A stretch of 63,529 nt of DNA, counting the filler, from Saprolegnia diclina VS20 (taxonomy: Eukaryota): the NCBI RefSeq assembly GCF_000281045.1. It is 6 parts of 4 records of this genome, joined end to end, with 100 filler letters (N's around TTAATTAATTAA, not from the genome) between each part and the next. Parts side by side here need not be neighbours in the genome. Positions count along the whole stretch, not along the records: positions 28,858 to 56,638 come from NW_008246089.1; 5 more parts are not named here. One strand, given 5' to 3'. The notes beneath the pieces are model-generated. The model searched no databases, had not been told where the DNA came from, and saw nothing but the letters and a program-made list of their open reading frames with translations. Each line of letters starts with the position of its first letter. Within the stretch, counting starts at the first letter, position 1. The translations under genes and the position numbers were made by a program. Shown piece by piece: positions 33,485-45,369 of the stretch.

Positions 33485-36389
33485 TCAAGTCTCGTCACGG
33501 GTGATCCTTGCCCCGTACAGACGCACGCTGCCATCGAGGGCTGCAGTCGCAATTTGGGGCCGCATGGGATGAAACGCGACGCTCGTGACGACGTCCGTGT
33601 GTCCATGCAGCTTGGCGAGGCAGCGGCCCATACGAATATCGTAGATGTACGCCACCTTGTCTTCCGAGCCCGTCGCCACGTACCTGTCCTCAAAATAAGA
33701 TCCCGACGACGACAACATGAGGTACCGCATGCAGGGGCTAAATGCCATACCGAGGGCGTGTACTCGGTTGAGATGCTCGCCAAAGCGCATGATGCAGTTG
33801 TCAGCGCGGATGTCCCAGAGGTGCACGGTGCTGTCCGGTGCGCTCGTGAGCAAGAGATCGTACACATTGGGCGCGTGATTGACGTAGCTCGACGCTCGGG
33901 GCAAGACGACCTACGCGCATTTATACTACAACCTAGTGTGAAGAAAAAGGCGACGAACCGAGTGAGCCGGCCGCGAGTGGGCCCCATGGATCGTGCGAGC
34001 TGTTTTCCCAGCGGCAACATCCACGATGCGGATGCTCTTGTCCGAGCCAATCGCGACAAGGAGATGGGACAAGAACGCGTTGGGCGCTGCGAGACCCGTG
34101 AGGCTCTGGACAGCTTCAAAGCGGTAGGACGCGACGGCTTTTGCAGTCGAGAGATTCTCGAGCTGTGCGACGTCGGCGCGCCTGCTCTTTGCTTTCTTGG
34201 CGTGCTCGACACAGCCCGCGGCGTGGGCCATGTCGATGTCATACAGATACAGCTTGACGGTATTGCCTACTGCAACCGCGACAAATTTGTCCATATAGTA
34301 AAAGACAGCATCGGCAACGTCCGCCTTGGCGGGCTTCTTGGCGCGTTTGGAGGCGGATGGAAGCGGTAGCGTGAGCGACGCTACGTCGCTGCCGTTGACC
34401 CACACGCATGCCGTAGCATCGGCGGACGCTGTCAACAGTAGCTTGTTCGAGTGGCTCCAATGGATCGCGCGCACAGCCTTGTCGTGGCCCACAAAGAGAT
34501 GCGACTGTGGCTTGTGAAGTGCTAGCACTTGGCCGAGCCGGTCGTTTGCGGCCGTTGCGAGCCGACGCCCGTCGTTGGAGAACTCGATGTGATTGATTGC
34601 CATTTCATGCAGCTTGACGTGCGATGACACGAGAACCGACGGCACGGGTGCGTCCAACGGGTACTCAGTCAGTAGTGTCGCTGCCTTCGTGCTGGCCTTC
34701 GTCGCCAGCTTAGCTTTCCCGAGGCCCTTGAAGCGAAGCGAGAGTGATTTGGGCTTCTTCTCTGCACCGTACCCGGACGACGGAATTGACGTCCGGTACG
34801 TTATTGGTTGATCGAGCGGGCTCTTGACGCGCTTGGCCAACGGCGTTAGCAGCTGCGTCAAGACGGAGCCCTCTGGTGGCAAAGCTTGCGGGTGCATTGA
34901 GAGTCCGTGCGTTGTAGTCAATGAGGACTGTACAAGAGCGTGTTGCGCCGCCGCAACACCGAGAGCGGTGACCCGGGGCATGAACGCGTCCAGTACCCAG
35001 ACGTCGCAGCGGCCGGGCTCGGGCCGCAAGGACGCGTGCTTGGCAATGCCCATTGACACCTCAACATCGTCCTGGAAGGCGCGTATGACGCGGGCGTCGT
35101 ACGAGAAAGCGTTAACGCCCACGAGGTAGTTGACGGTTGCGACAAGAAGAGTGTGCGCCGCCTCCACGATAGGCTGCACGTCGAGCAGCGTCTCAGGCGA
35201 CGCGACCGTGGCAGACGAGCCCATGTATGCCAGTCCCAAGATTGTACACGTGGTTTCGTGCATGGGCTCCATGAGGTGCTCCATACCTGGAAGGACGACC
35301 GGGGTCGGGTCCAGCGACTCGTTGGCCTTGGCGAGGGCCCGCGCCTGGGCACTTTCGTACGCGCGTTGGCTTCGAGCCCACGGCGGCAACGAGCTCACTA
35401 CGTTTTGAGTCGCATCGAGCACCTTCTCCACCTGTTGTGCGACCTAAAAGGCTCATCGTACACGCTATAAGCGAGGCGTCTTCTCACATGTTGTTTCTTC
35501 TCCCGGCGATCGAGATACTGGGCCAGATTGATTGATGCGAGTTCATTGCCAAATTTGGTCGCGTCGAAGACGCGGACGACGCCATCGCCAAAGGCACACG
35601 CAATGTCGCCCGACGTGGGGTGGATAGCAAGACGCAAGATCGCGTAAGCCGAGAGGACGGCGGATTGAAACAAGAGCTTTTGCTCCGAGAGGTCCCAAAT
35701 CTACGAAGAGTGGGAAACGTGCGTAGGGCGCTGAGCGATGTACTTTAAAGGTCCGATCTTCCGACGCCGTCACAAGCCAGTGCGGATGGCCTGGGTGGAA
35801 AAGGCACTCTGTGATCTAGTTGGACGCGCTTAATGAGTGCGCTCATGTACAGGATGTCCCACCTTGGCGAGATGGCCCTCGAGGGTGATGAAGATTCCGC
35901 CCGTTTGTGCCTGGAGCACATCAACCTGCTTGGCCAAAGCCACAGCGAGTAGCGTGCCCGACGCATCGAACGCAATTGCAGACACTTCGGCGCGCGGCGA
36001 TTCCAGCAGCGGAAGCTTCTGGATGTCAATCTTGTCGTACGGTGCGGGCACCAGGCGCCACAAAAGGATTCTAGGCACGTGTGACGACCGAGCACGCGGC
36101 ACAGTCAGTGTGCGCACCGGTCCGTCGATACGGTGCATAAAATATCACACGAGGTGCTTTCGTGGAAGCTGGCAAGGTGCACGCGCTCCGTGTGCCCGCC
36201 GAGCTCGACGAGACCGGGCATGGCCGACGACGGGCAATCGTTCTCGGGCGACGCTTCGTTCTTCCACAGCTGAAGAACGACGCAGTCAATGTACTCGAGA
36301 GCGACGAATGCGTAGCGCCGACTTGCACACGCGTACGTGGCAGTGGCCGCCGGCGTCCACTGCCGCGTCGCATTGGGCACGAGAGCCAT
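33485..36389 (-). CDS. WDR27: WD40-repeat protein WDR27-like
   Basis: N-terminal WD repeats (GHTERV, VTASEDRTFKIWDL), linker DQPITYRTSIPSSGYG, C-terminal repeats (LLLTSAPDSTVHLWDIR..HLNR..AFSPCMRYVATGSEDK); several introns. Confidence 0.75.
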
Positions 36390-36863
36390 TCGGCAATTTG
36401 GTTCAAAACGTATCTTTCACAGCGGCTAAAAGGCGTTTAAATGGCGTAAAACCTACCCAATCATTCCAAATTGACGTTTTTTGTTGTGCGCCTTTGCAAG
36501 GAAATAATTTCCTTGGCATCACTTGCCACACGGGCCTGCATTTGTCTTCCCACGGCGAGTGCGTCGTAAACAAATGTGCAGAAACTGTCACGATGCGAAA
36601 GCCACGACACGATCGACAAGTCAAGCAACCGAGCTCACATAAGTGTTAATACCGGTACCCTCGTGCTCGTTGCCAGGGCCATGCACCAAAATTGCATTTG
36701 CTTCCTCCACTTGGTGCGCAAAGACGTCCGGCACTCGCGTCTAGGCGTCACAACCTCTCTTTTCACGACCCGTCTTATATTTATTAGCGCCACGATAGGA
36801 CTGCCATCCGGCTGGTACGCCTCGTCGGGCTTTGCTTTCAACTAAGCATGCATCGACATCGGC

Positions 36864-37748
36864 TCACATGGTCACGACACTTGCCGAGTTTGCTTCCAAT
36901 ACGATTTCGACTTGACCCGAAGCGTCATTGGCTTGGTCCTTCATCTCGATCGCAGACGCCCGTGCGGCGATGCGCTCGCGCCGGTCGCGCAGCATGACGG
37001 CGCCGAGAAGACCAATCGCAAACATGACAATGCCAAAAAGAGCTCCGACAAGCGGCCCCGTGACAGCCGTCGATTGGAACATCGATGGCGCCTCGGCTTC
37101 CACCGCCACGTCCGTCCCCGCGCTCTTGAGTTGGCACGCAAAGTTGGCGTAGTTTTTGATGGCACCAATGTCGACGCTAGTGCACTCGAAAACGCGGTCG
37201 GGGAGGTTCTTTCGGTTCTTGAGGTTGGGTAGTTTGGCCTGCGGGTCGGCGATAAACCAAAATCGAATGTCCACGTGCGCGGTGAGGCGCTCGAGGTCGA
37301 TGAGCGGCCCCGAGATGCTCATGGCACCGGTCGAAATGCCGTAGACGGCATCCAGCAAATGCGCATCGCCGCGTACGTTCTTTTCGTATGCTTCCGCCGT
37401 ATAAAAGTCGGCGACGTTGATGTCAACGACAGCTTCTGACGCACTGTCTTCGTTCGACGGCGCGAGCAAGGCCGCGTCCGCAGCGCCAAGTTTGATGTCG
37501 ATCGAGAGAAGAACGTTGACGTCCTCCTTCTGGTCGTCCTCGTTCAGGAATTTACCAAAGGCGACTGTGCTGCTGTAGTCGTGCGTCGCGAGGAGGCCAA
37601 GGCCTTGATTGAGCACGTTGCCTTCGATCGCATCTACCAGTTGCAGCGACTTGTAGAGATGCAGCCACTTGCGCGGGTCGCTTGTGATGTGCTGCATGCC
37701 TGCCGCAGCCTGCAGAGCGAAGACGAGGAGTGCGACGGCTCGGACCAT
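36864..37748 (-). CDS. Type I membrane protein, unknown function
   Basis: Intronless 294 aa: signal peptide, ectodomain, TM (LVGALFGIVMFAIGLLGAVML) and a basic stop-transfer. Confidence 0.75.
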   Translation of the reverse strand: MVRAVALLVFALQAAAGMQHITSDPRKWLHLYKSLQLVDAIEGNVLNQGLGLLATHDYSSTVAFGKFLNEDDQKEDVNVLLSIDIKLGAADAALLAPSNEDSASEAVVDINVADFYTAEAYEKNVRGDAHLLDAVYGISTGAMSISGPLIDLERLTAHVDIRFWFIADPQAKLPNLKNRKNLPDRVFECTSVDIGAIKNYANFACQLKSAGTDVAVEAEAPSMFQSTAVTGPLVGALFGIVMFAIGLLGAVMLRDRRERIAARASAIEMKDQANDASGQVEIVLEANSASVVTM

Positions 37749-38403
37749 GCTGGCAAATGCTGTTGTGGCACAAGCTCTGCTGCAAGCCGCTGATCCACGC
37801 GCGTATATCTAGAAGAAGTGACGCATGTTCGCGCGCGAAAAGTCGGAGGATCTAGAGCAATAGAAAATTTCTACTATAAATGCACGCACTGCCCTCCAGG
37901 ACACAGCAAGCGAAAGTGCTCTCCGAGATACGCTAGCTGACTTTGGGTGAATCGCGGAAACGAGCGTCCAGTATCAACGACTAATAGGACGTGGCTTGAG
38001 CATACCATGCAGGACGTTGACATGACTTCAGTTGCTAAATTGGCGGTCGCCATGGTGTGCTGCGTGGGCTGTCTTACTGCCACCGTACTCTTTGTCGTTG
38101 CGCTCGACCTGCGATTCCGCGCGGTGCACCTATTTTCTTTTCTCAGCGCCGCGAACGAAGTCGCATTCAACGGACCCCACCCCGACACCGCAGCGACAAT
38201 AGCCTGATACAAGGACACTCCTCAAGCGACTACGATGTGACGACTGCAAATAATCGAGTGTACTCTAGTTGCGCATACTCCTTGCTTGCGCTATTCCAAG
38301 GGAAGTAAAAATCTTTGGCCTTCATGAACCACATCTGCAGGGACGACCTCTATGCGACCACCTCGCCTGAAATGCGCGTGATGGTGTTGCATTATACACT
38401 GTG

Positions 38404-39027
38404 TTAGTCGCCTTTCTGTGGCACACACTGCGCGTAGTACGTGTTGAAGGTAAGACACATCCAGCCCTTGGATTGACAGCACGTCGCTTGCTTCCAGTAC
38501 CGCCCGCCACATTGCCCCCAGTCGGCGCTGCAAGCCTCTGGGTTCATGGTGGGTGGCATGGTGCCCGCCGGACTCGGACTTGTCTGCGGCGTCAAGGGTT
38601 TGGATGTTGTTGGCTTTGGAGACCGGCTATGGGCGTGTGGGTGCCGTGTTGTTGGTGGCAGTGTCGGTGGTGCGCTCACCGGCGTCGGCAAGGGCGTCAA
38701 CCGAGTCGTTTCTGATGGCGAAGGCTCGTTCGAACTGGTACCATCGAAGACACAACCTCTCGCCCCTGAGGGCAGTTGCTGACACGTCGCGTCGGCCGGT
38801 GCCACGCACGTTCCGGACGCAGCGTGGCTTCGCAGACCGCTGTTACAATCTTGCGTCGCGACATCGCCCTTCTTGGGGCATGCATCGCCTTCCGCGCCGC
38901 AGATGGGACCAGCGACACAATACGTGGCGTCGCCAACGACGCTCACCTGTGTACATGCCGTGCGACTGCGATGATGCGCCGCCTGCGCGCACACTGTAGC
39001 AAGGAGGACCGCGACGACGACCTTCAT
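38404..39027 (-). CDS. Secreted oomycete Cys-rich domain protein with C-terminal CBM1
   Basis: Signal MKVVVAVLLATVCAQA; module VSVVGDATYCVAGPICG..CPKKGDVA..CVAP.DA.C..GCVF; P/T linker; CBM1 WGQCGGRYW...CC..GWMC...NTYYAQC. Confidence 0.85.
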   Translation of the reverse strand: MKVVVAVLLATVCAQAAHHRSRTACTQVSVVGDATYCVAGPICGAEGDACPKKGDVATQDCNSGLRSHAASGTCVAPADATCQQLPSGARGCVFDGTSSNEPSPSETTRLTPLPTPVSAPPTLPPTTRHPHAHSRSPKPTTSKPLTPQTSPSPAGTMPPTMNPEACSADWGQCGGRYWKQATCCQSKGWMCLTFNTYYAQCVPQKGD

Positions 39028-39480
39028 CGTGGTTTCGATGAACAGGCAATGCGGGATCCGGAGGTGCCTCGAACGCCATTGGCTGTCTCTCCCGTCCATC
39101 CGGATTTCTGCACGCGACAATTGGACGACACACACAAGATATTTGCGTGAAAAACAACCCAAAAGCAAAATTCTGCTTCCATCGCAGGCTGCATGCATCG
39201 CGGTGCTGACGCGCCGCTGCAAAGAGCCCACTTGGCGCTTTATATGGCACCGAGAAACCGTGCGTCTCCAAGTATGAGGAGCGGGCGACTCAGACCCGCG
39301 CCGGCCCGTCGCGTGACTTACATTCTGACGCCGCCTCATTGGCCCAAACGCGCAAGGTGCGCTAAAAAACAGCCAGCGCACCATACAAACCCAAAGACAT
39401 AATTACCAACACCACTTGGCAGGACCGAATTTTCGTTGTTCGCGAGAGACGCCCGCACAAGCGAATTTGGTGTTGAGAGC

Positions 39481-40128
39481 ATGCAGCTTGTCTCGGTCGT
39501 CGTGCTCGTTGTCCTGAGCCTCGCCAGCTTCGTCGCTGCCTACAACGACAACCGCGACGTTCTCGTCAAGAATGCGCTCGGCGAGTTCACCGAAGACTTT
39601 GCGCGGTCGGAAAACGATGCCTACAAGGCGATCCGAACCGACTTTGGCTTGCCGCTGCCCGGCCACACGACGGCGCCCGTGACCGACGCCGAGTACATGC
39701 ACGCAATCACTGTCGTTCAGAGCCTCGGCAAAGTTGCGGACCAGCGCGCCGCTATTGACAGCGTCCGCGCCGTCATGGCACGAATGACAAAGACGGAGCT
39801 GCTTCAGTTCATGGGCGAGTTTGACACGGAGACAACCACGAAATTTGTGGCCCTCGGCGCGGCTTTTGCCCGCAACAATACGACTGTCCGCATGGAGGCG
39901 TCCTCCGACGACGCGATGCAAGCCAGCGACGTAGGCTTCGAAATGTCGGCCATCGGCGCAGCGATTGTCGTCGCGTCCGTTCTCGTCGGTGTCGTGCTCG
40001 TCGTCCGAATGCACCGCCACGAAGGCGACGCTGCCATCATCGCGCACGTGCTCCGAGCGATTCAAGACAAGGATAAGAGCCGCCACCAGCACGAAAAGGC
40101 TGCCAAGACGATCGTTGTCGTTGTGTAG
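39481..40128 (+). CDS. Secreted or single-pass membrane protein, unknown function
   Basis: Signal peptide MQLVSVVVLVVLSLASFVAA, helical ectodomain, TM IGAAIVVASVLVGVVLVV. Confidence 0.7.
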   Translation: MQLVSVVVLVVLSLASFVAAYNDNRDVLVKNALGEFTEDFARSENDAYKAIRTDFGLPLPGHTTAPVTDAEYMHAITVVQSLGKVADQRAAIDSVRAVMARMTKTELLQFMGEFDTETTTKFVALGAAFARNNTTVRMEASSDDAMQASDVGFEMSAIGAAIVVASVLVGVVLVVRMHRHEGDAAIIAHVLRAIQDKDKSRHQHEKAAKTIVVVV

Positions 40129-40807
40129 TGCATTCCCACATCGTCCCCCACCATCATAGTTTACTAGCCATCCAACTTTAACTTAAGACTCTTTTTAAAC
40201 CAGTCGACCCGCGTCAATTTACTCGAAGCACAGACGAAAAGCCAGCACCGTGTGACAAGGCGATCGTTCGCTCGGACCGACTTGCTCAAGATCGAACACC
40301 TCGCCAAAAACGTCAAGCTCAAACCGTATACACCCGAGCGTTTGTACCTTCAGTGCTAGCTGGACTTCTTCCTCCACTTGGACACAAACGCCAGCTTTGT
40401 ACCCTTCCTTGCCTGCCCCTGCATGTGAGGAACACTGCGCGGCCTGCGTGGTTCGTCGTGGATTGTCGATCAGGCAGGTACACCACTCGTACATTTGGGC
40501 ATGGGACCCACGATTTGGGGTACCACTTGGGTGACTGGATGCAATCCGCTGCTGGACTGGATACGATATTTGCGCAACCCATCATTGAGGTTGGCTTGGA
40601 TTTTGAATCGAATCTTTGCGTGTGGATGGATCCCAGTTTAATTTTTCTCGTCGTGTCCTAGTGCTGTAGATGCAAGCAGTTTGCAAGGTTGAAGTCCAGG
40701 AGGAGTCCAGCTGTGGGCAGGTTGATTTGGGCGTGAGTCTGGGCCGTAACTTAACGGTGGTGAGCGTGCCACGTCATTCCAGCCGTTTCGGTGCAACCGA
40801 CGGCGGC

Positions 40808-41651
40808 ATGGAGAAGGACGCGGCGGTCAAGTGCTTGATCGAGGACGAGCCAGCGGCTGAGAACGAGGCGCCCGAAGATGCGGAAAGCGAGAACAACGGA
40901 GCGTACTGCGCCAAGCTCATGGACGACGCAGCGATACGAGCGCTTCGGCGTGCGCTCGTGAAGACGTCTGTGGCGATGGAGACACACGGGCATCTCCGCA
41001 AGTTTCAGCGCAAGCCCGAGGAGCCACATTCGCTAGAGCATACTTCGCGACGCAAATCTTCGCTCCAGCGTGATGCCCACAAAGTCCACGAGTTGCAGAT
41101 GCCTGTGCTTCCGCACCGCCCAGCCTCGGCGCGGCCAACCCGTACGACAGACTCTGCTGCTCGCGTAGAAAAAGAGCTTGGACAGCCAATGTAATCGTGT
41201 AGCGCCCGCTGGCCATGCCAATCGATCGCGTCCGTCCACAGTACACAGCAGTGCAGTCTCCAATAACAAGCTGCGACGGTCGTTCCAGGTCGTGCTCGCC
41301 GAAGAAAAGGCCAACTACACAGGTACAGCAACCGTCCAATGCACAAGTCGTCAGCGTCCGTAGAGCTTGAAGATCAGTATCTCACGCTAAAAGACGCCAT
41401 TTTGCGTGTACGTGCCTCTTCTCTGATGAAATGCCTCACGTCGACGCTCGTAGCATTTCGACGACGTGCTGCACAACCCGCACAGCGTGGACCGCGACTT
41501 GAGCGCGGATGCGTATGCGCAGCTCGCTGAGATGGACGAGCGTCTGCGGGAGGAAAACCGGCTTCGGCCCCATGACGAGCCCAAGCCGCGACGTACGTCT
41601 TCGCCACTGCGCATACCCCGGCCACCGCCAATCTCGCGATTAGACAGCTAA
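40808..41651 (+). CDS. Hypothetical low-complexity protein (spliced)
   Basis: Coding-biased exons (MEKDAAVK.., SAVSNNKLRRSFQVVL.., LHNPHSVDRDLSADAYAQLAEMD) joined by short GT-AG introns. Confidence 0.5.
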
Positions 41652-41784
41652 CCAGCCCATAACCGGCTAATCTATCGCCGCTTGTCGACGGTGTCGGTTG
41701 AAAACGTGGCGCGACCGGATAAGCATACGGATATTGTTGCCAGCCAATGACGGCCACATTGCCTCTGTCGTTGAAGCAGCCGAG

Positions 41785-42927
41785 ATGGACAAGGAGGCGC
41801 TCCTAAATGGACCCTTGAGTGCCAGTCGTGGCAGCGACCGGGCGCGAAGCCCTCGTCGGCGTCAAGGGTCGCGTCGCTCGCGCAGCCGCACGCGAAGCCC
41901 AGCGCGTGATCGTCGAAGCCCAGCGCGTGATCGTCGAAGCCCACGTCGTAGCCCGCGCCGGGCCGACACGCGGTCCCCACCCCGGTCTCGCCCAACGTCC
42001 CGCAAGCCCGAGCCGCATCATGGCGACGGCAAGGTCGATCCTGATCTTCGCGATGTCAACGACGACCCGCGCGTGGGCACGGTGCTCCCGTGTGCGATCA
42101 AGGCCGCGCGTGGCAACACTGGCCGCAACACCGAGTCGTTCGACCCCGCGTCGACACTGGTGCGCCCAGCCATGCGCATCATCGTCGGACCGAAGAAACC
42201 CGTTTTCGACAAGCCGCTCAAGCACGACGACGTGGTCGTCGTGCCCGACTTTTTTTGCGCCGAGGACGACTGGAGCATCTACTACAAGCTCATCGAGGAG
42301 ATGCGCGCGGCGCAGTCGACCGGCACTGCCAAGTCCGAGTGGATTCCGTGGGCCGAAGGCTGCCACTTGATTTCGCAAAACCCGACGGGGTCGCCCACGT
42401 ACGAGATGGTGCTGCGGCGCACGAGCGAGTATTTCAACATGAAGGCGGGGTCCCAGGGCACGCGCTTCAACTGGTACCGCGACTCGTCCGACTGGAAGCC
42501 GTTCCACCACGACTCGGCGGCGTACAACCCGGGGCGCGCCCGCACGCAAAACATCACGGTTGGCGTCTCGTTCGGCGCCGAGCGCGAGCTGGCCTTTCTG
42601 CACGCGCAGAACGGGTCGCGCATCTACTTTCCGCAGTGCAACGGCATGCTCTTTGCGTTTGGGCGCGACGTCAACATCAACTGGAAGCACGGCGTGAACG
42701 CGCTCGCGCCCCAAGTGTTTTGCGGCAAAGGTCGGATATCCATCATCCTCTGGGGCCTCGCGCAGGACGTCATCGAGGAGCCGGAGAGCCCCGCGCTCTT
42801 GACGAACGACGCGCGCAACGGCTTTGACAACCGCGGCCGCGCCAACGGTGACGTGTGCCGCGACTTTCAAGGCGGCTCGTGCCGCTTCGGGGACCGCTGC
42901 AAGTTTAGCCACGCGTCGCGCCGCTAG
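41785..42927 (+). CDS. RS-rich domain + AlkB-like 2OG-Fe(II) dioxygenase + CCCH zinc finger
   Basis: RSRSRTRSPARDRRSP repeats; FNWYRD..KPFHHDS, TVGVSFGAEREL.F, WKHGV, GRISI; CRDFQGGSCRFGDRCKFSH (C-x7-C-x5-C-x3-H). Confidence 0.8.
   Translation: MDKEALLNGPLSASRGSDRARSPRRRQGSRRSRSRTRSPARDRRSPARDRRSPRRSPRRADTRSPPRSRPTSRKPEPHHGDGKVDPDLRDVNDDPRVGTVLPCAIKAARGNTGRNTESFDPASTLVRPAMRIIVGPKKPVFDKPLKHDDVVVVPDFFCAEDDWSIYYKLIEEMRAAQSTGTAKSEWIPWAEGCHLISQNPTGSPTYEMVLRRTSEYFNMKAGSQGTRFNWYRDSSDWKPFHHDSAAYNPGRARTQNITVGVSFGAERELAFLHAQNGSRIYFPQCNGMLFAFGRDVNINWKHGVNALAPQVFCGKGRISIILWGLAQDVIEEPESPALLTNDARNGFDNRGRANGDVCRDFQGGSCRFGDRCKFSHASRR
41892..41942 (+). repeat. 21-bp coding tandem repeat encoding RSPARDR
   Basis: CGAAGCCCAGCGCGTGATCGT occurs twice, followed by a partial third copy. 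Confidence 0.85.
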
Positions 42928-43079
42928 ACTCGAATTTACTAGTATCTTGCTGCGCTCTGAAGCGCTGCGTCGTGCGGTCGCTCAGCGTCGCAACGTTGAC
43001 TGAATATTCTACTAAAAGCGAGAAATAACTGCAATTTGCGTAACGGAGCAGTACTTGAAGCCTCCGGAACCCGACGAAA

Positions 43080-45310
43080 ATGACCTCGACGAAGCGCCTG
43101 ACAGCCGACTTTTTGATGTCCCATGCTGGCCTCTACGACCTCGGCAGCACCAAAGAGGTCTTGTCAAGCACATAATCGCCTTGCCAACGTGTGCGTGCAT
43201 TAGCTCATTCTACGCCAGGAAGGCCTAGCCGAGATTGACGACGCGTGCGCGCAGGAGCTCAGTGCGCTCGAGCTCCTCTCACTCTCTCACAACGCGCTGA
43301 CGAGTCTGCAAGGCTTTGCGCATCTCGTCAACCTCGTCGAGGTAAAGCTTCGTATCATTGTCTCGCTCCCATGTCCGTAGCTCAACATCAACTTTAACCA
43401 AGTGACGTCGCTCGAGTCGCTGCAGTGCTTTGGCCTCCAAAAACTGTACGCGGCCAACAACTGCGTACGTGGCTACTCGTCGCACTCGACTCAGTCTCCA
43501 TGCAGATTGCGTCACTGGCGCCGCTCCGCGCCTTCCCAAAGCTGTCGCACATCTCGATCTTTGGCAACGCGATCTTGGACTTGGACGCAGCGCTGCATAC
43601 GTGCAAGCACCTCCTCAAGGTAGCAAGCAATAGAGCGCACATCGTCACCAAGCCCACACGTAGCTCAAGAGCATCGATCTGGACGGCAACCCGTGCGCGC
43701 GTCTGCCTGGATACAAGTACCACGTCCTGCGCGCGCTTCCTCGTCTACGTGCGCTCGACGGTCTTGATTTCCCTTCCGTGTTGACGCGTCAAGATTGCTC
43801 GATCGTAGGCGACGTCGTGCAAGCGCTGGACCGCGACCTCTGCGATGTGCCTCCACCCGTCCCGAGCTCGAGCTTGCGCGCACGGCCGTCGACGCCGTTC
43901 CAGGCAGAACGTACAATAGTCGTAAACCTACATACCGATCATCTATCATTATCCGCGTAGACGTCGAGGAGTTGCGCGGCCACGTGCAGCTCTTCCGCGA
44001 CGACTTTCTCAACAACAACCCGATCTTGCTCGAGTACCTCGCCCAGGTGCGTACCTCGGCTGCGACGACGCTAATTTGCTACGCAGAGCCGGCTCTCGCC
44101 CAACGAGCCCGCCGACGAGGAGGCGCCAACCAACATTGAGATCGAAAACAACAAGTCGGTGTTTGTCGAACGCATGCGCTTGGCCAACCCCGACCCGTCG
44201 GGGGTCGAAGGCGGTCACTCGGAGCCTCCGCTCACAACGCCTCGCCCGTCGACGCCGTCGGTGGCGCTCTCGTTCCACGCGGTCGTCGACCCGTCGGACC
44301 CGAGCACGACGATTCGGAAGCTCCTCAAGCACATCGAAGGCCTCTCGGTACCGAAAACGGCCACACGCCGTCCACAGACAGGCTTGTAGGAAATGGTGTC
44401 GCACTACAAGAGCCTCGTGGGCGACGCTGCCATCAAGACACTGCGCCAAGAGAACGCGCAGCTGCAGACTGAAGTCAACAACATTCCGATTCTGCAGCAA
44501 GTACTCGAGCAACGCAACCATTGGGAAGATGGGTGCGATGCGTGCCTCTTAGGAAATCCACGAGCTCAAGAAACAGCTCTTTGTGCGACCGGCCGCAGAC
44601 CCCGCCGTTGAAGCGCGCTGCACGCAGCTTCAGGTGCTCGGCGCGGTATACCATTGAAGATGACATGATTCGTGTAGATGGAAAATGCGTGCTTGACGCG
44701 GCAAGTGGCCAAGCTCCAAGCCATTCTCGACGCCAAGGCGACGTCGCCGGACGTCGTCTCCAAAGAAGAGGTGCGTTTGTGTTGTCTGCTAACCTCACGA
44801 GAGCCGTAGATCCTCCACGAAGCGGCGTCCGTGGACCTCGAGCTCACGGAGCTCATTTTGAAAAATGAGATTTCGCTCCAGCTCATGCGGCATGTACGAG
44901 CATCACTTCTCGACATCAAACGACCGTGATTCCGTGCTAGAGCATTCAAAAAACCAAGCTCGAGCTCCAGAACGAGCGCGTCGCCGAGCGGTGCGTGCAC
45001 TAGCGTAGGAGCACGTCTTCCACGGTGGTGTAGGGTCGGCGTCCGGCGCCCCATGACGAGCGCGGGTCCTGGCGACCGCGTCTCGTGTGCGGAGCGAGCG
45101 CCAAGCTTGGAGCGCCCGACGCGCGTGGCCCCTCGGGCCATCCACACGTCGGCCGGTCCGCGCGTCGCCATCAAGTTGCACAAAGCGTCGATGAAGAAGA
45201 GCGGGACAACCAAGAAAAAGTCGACGCGGCCGCGCACGATCAAAGAGGACGAGGTCGTCGAAGGCAACAACGCGCCTGAGGCCGCGGCCGACGTGCTCGT
45301 GCTAGCGTGA
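43080..45310 (+). CDS. SDS22-type leucine-rich repeat and coiled-coil protein
   Basis: LELLSLSHNALTSL, LNINFNQVTSL, LYAANN.I, LSHISIFGNAI, LRR cap DLDGNPC...YKYHVLRALPRLRALDG; coiled coil downstream; many introns; 3' end approximate. Confidence 0.7.
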
Positions 45311-45369
45311 GCCACCTGCAAAATTGGCATCCACAAGCAACTTCGTTTGTTTTGTATAACGCCACGCGT

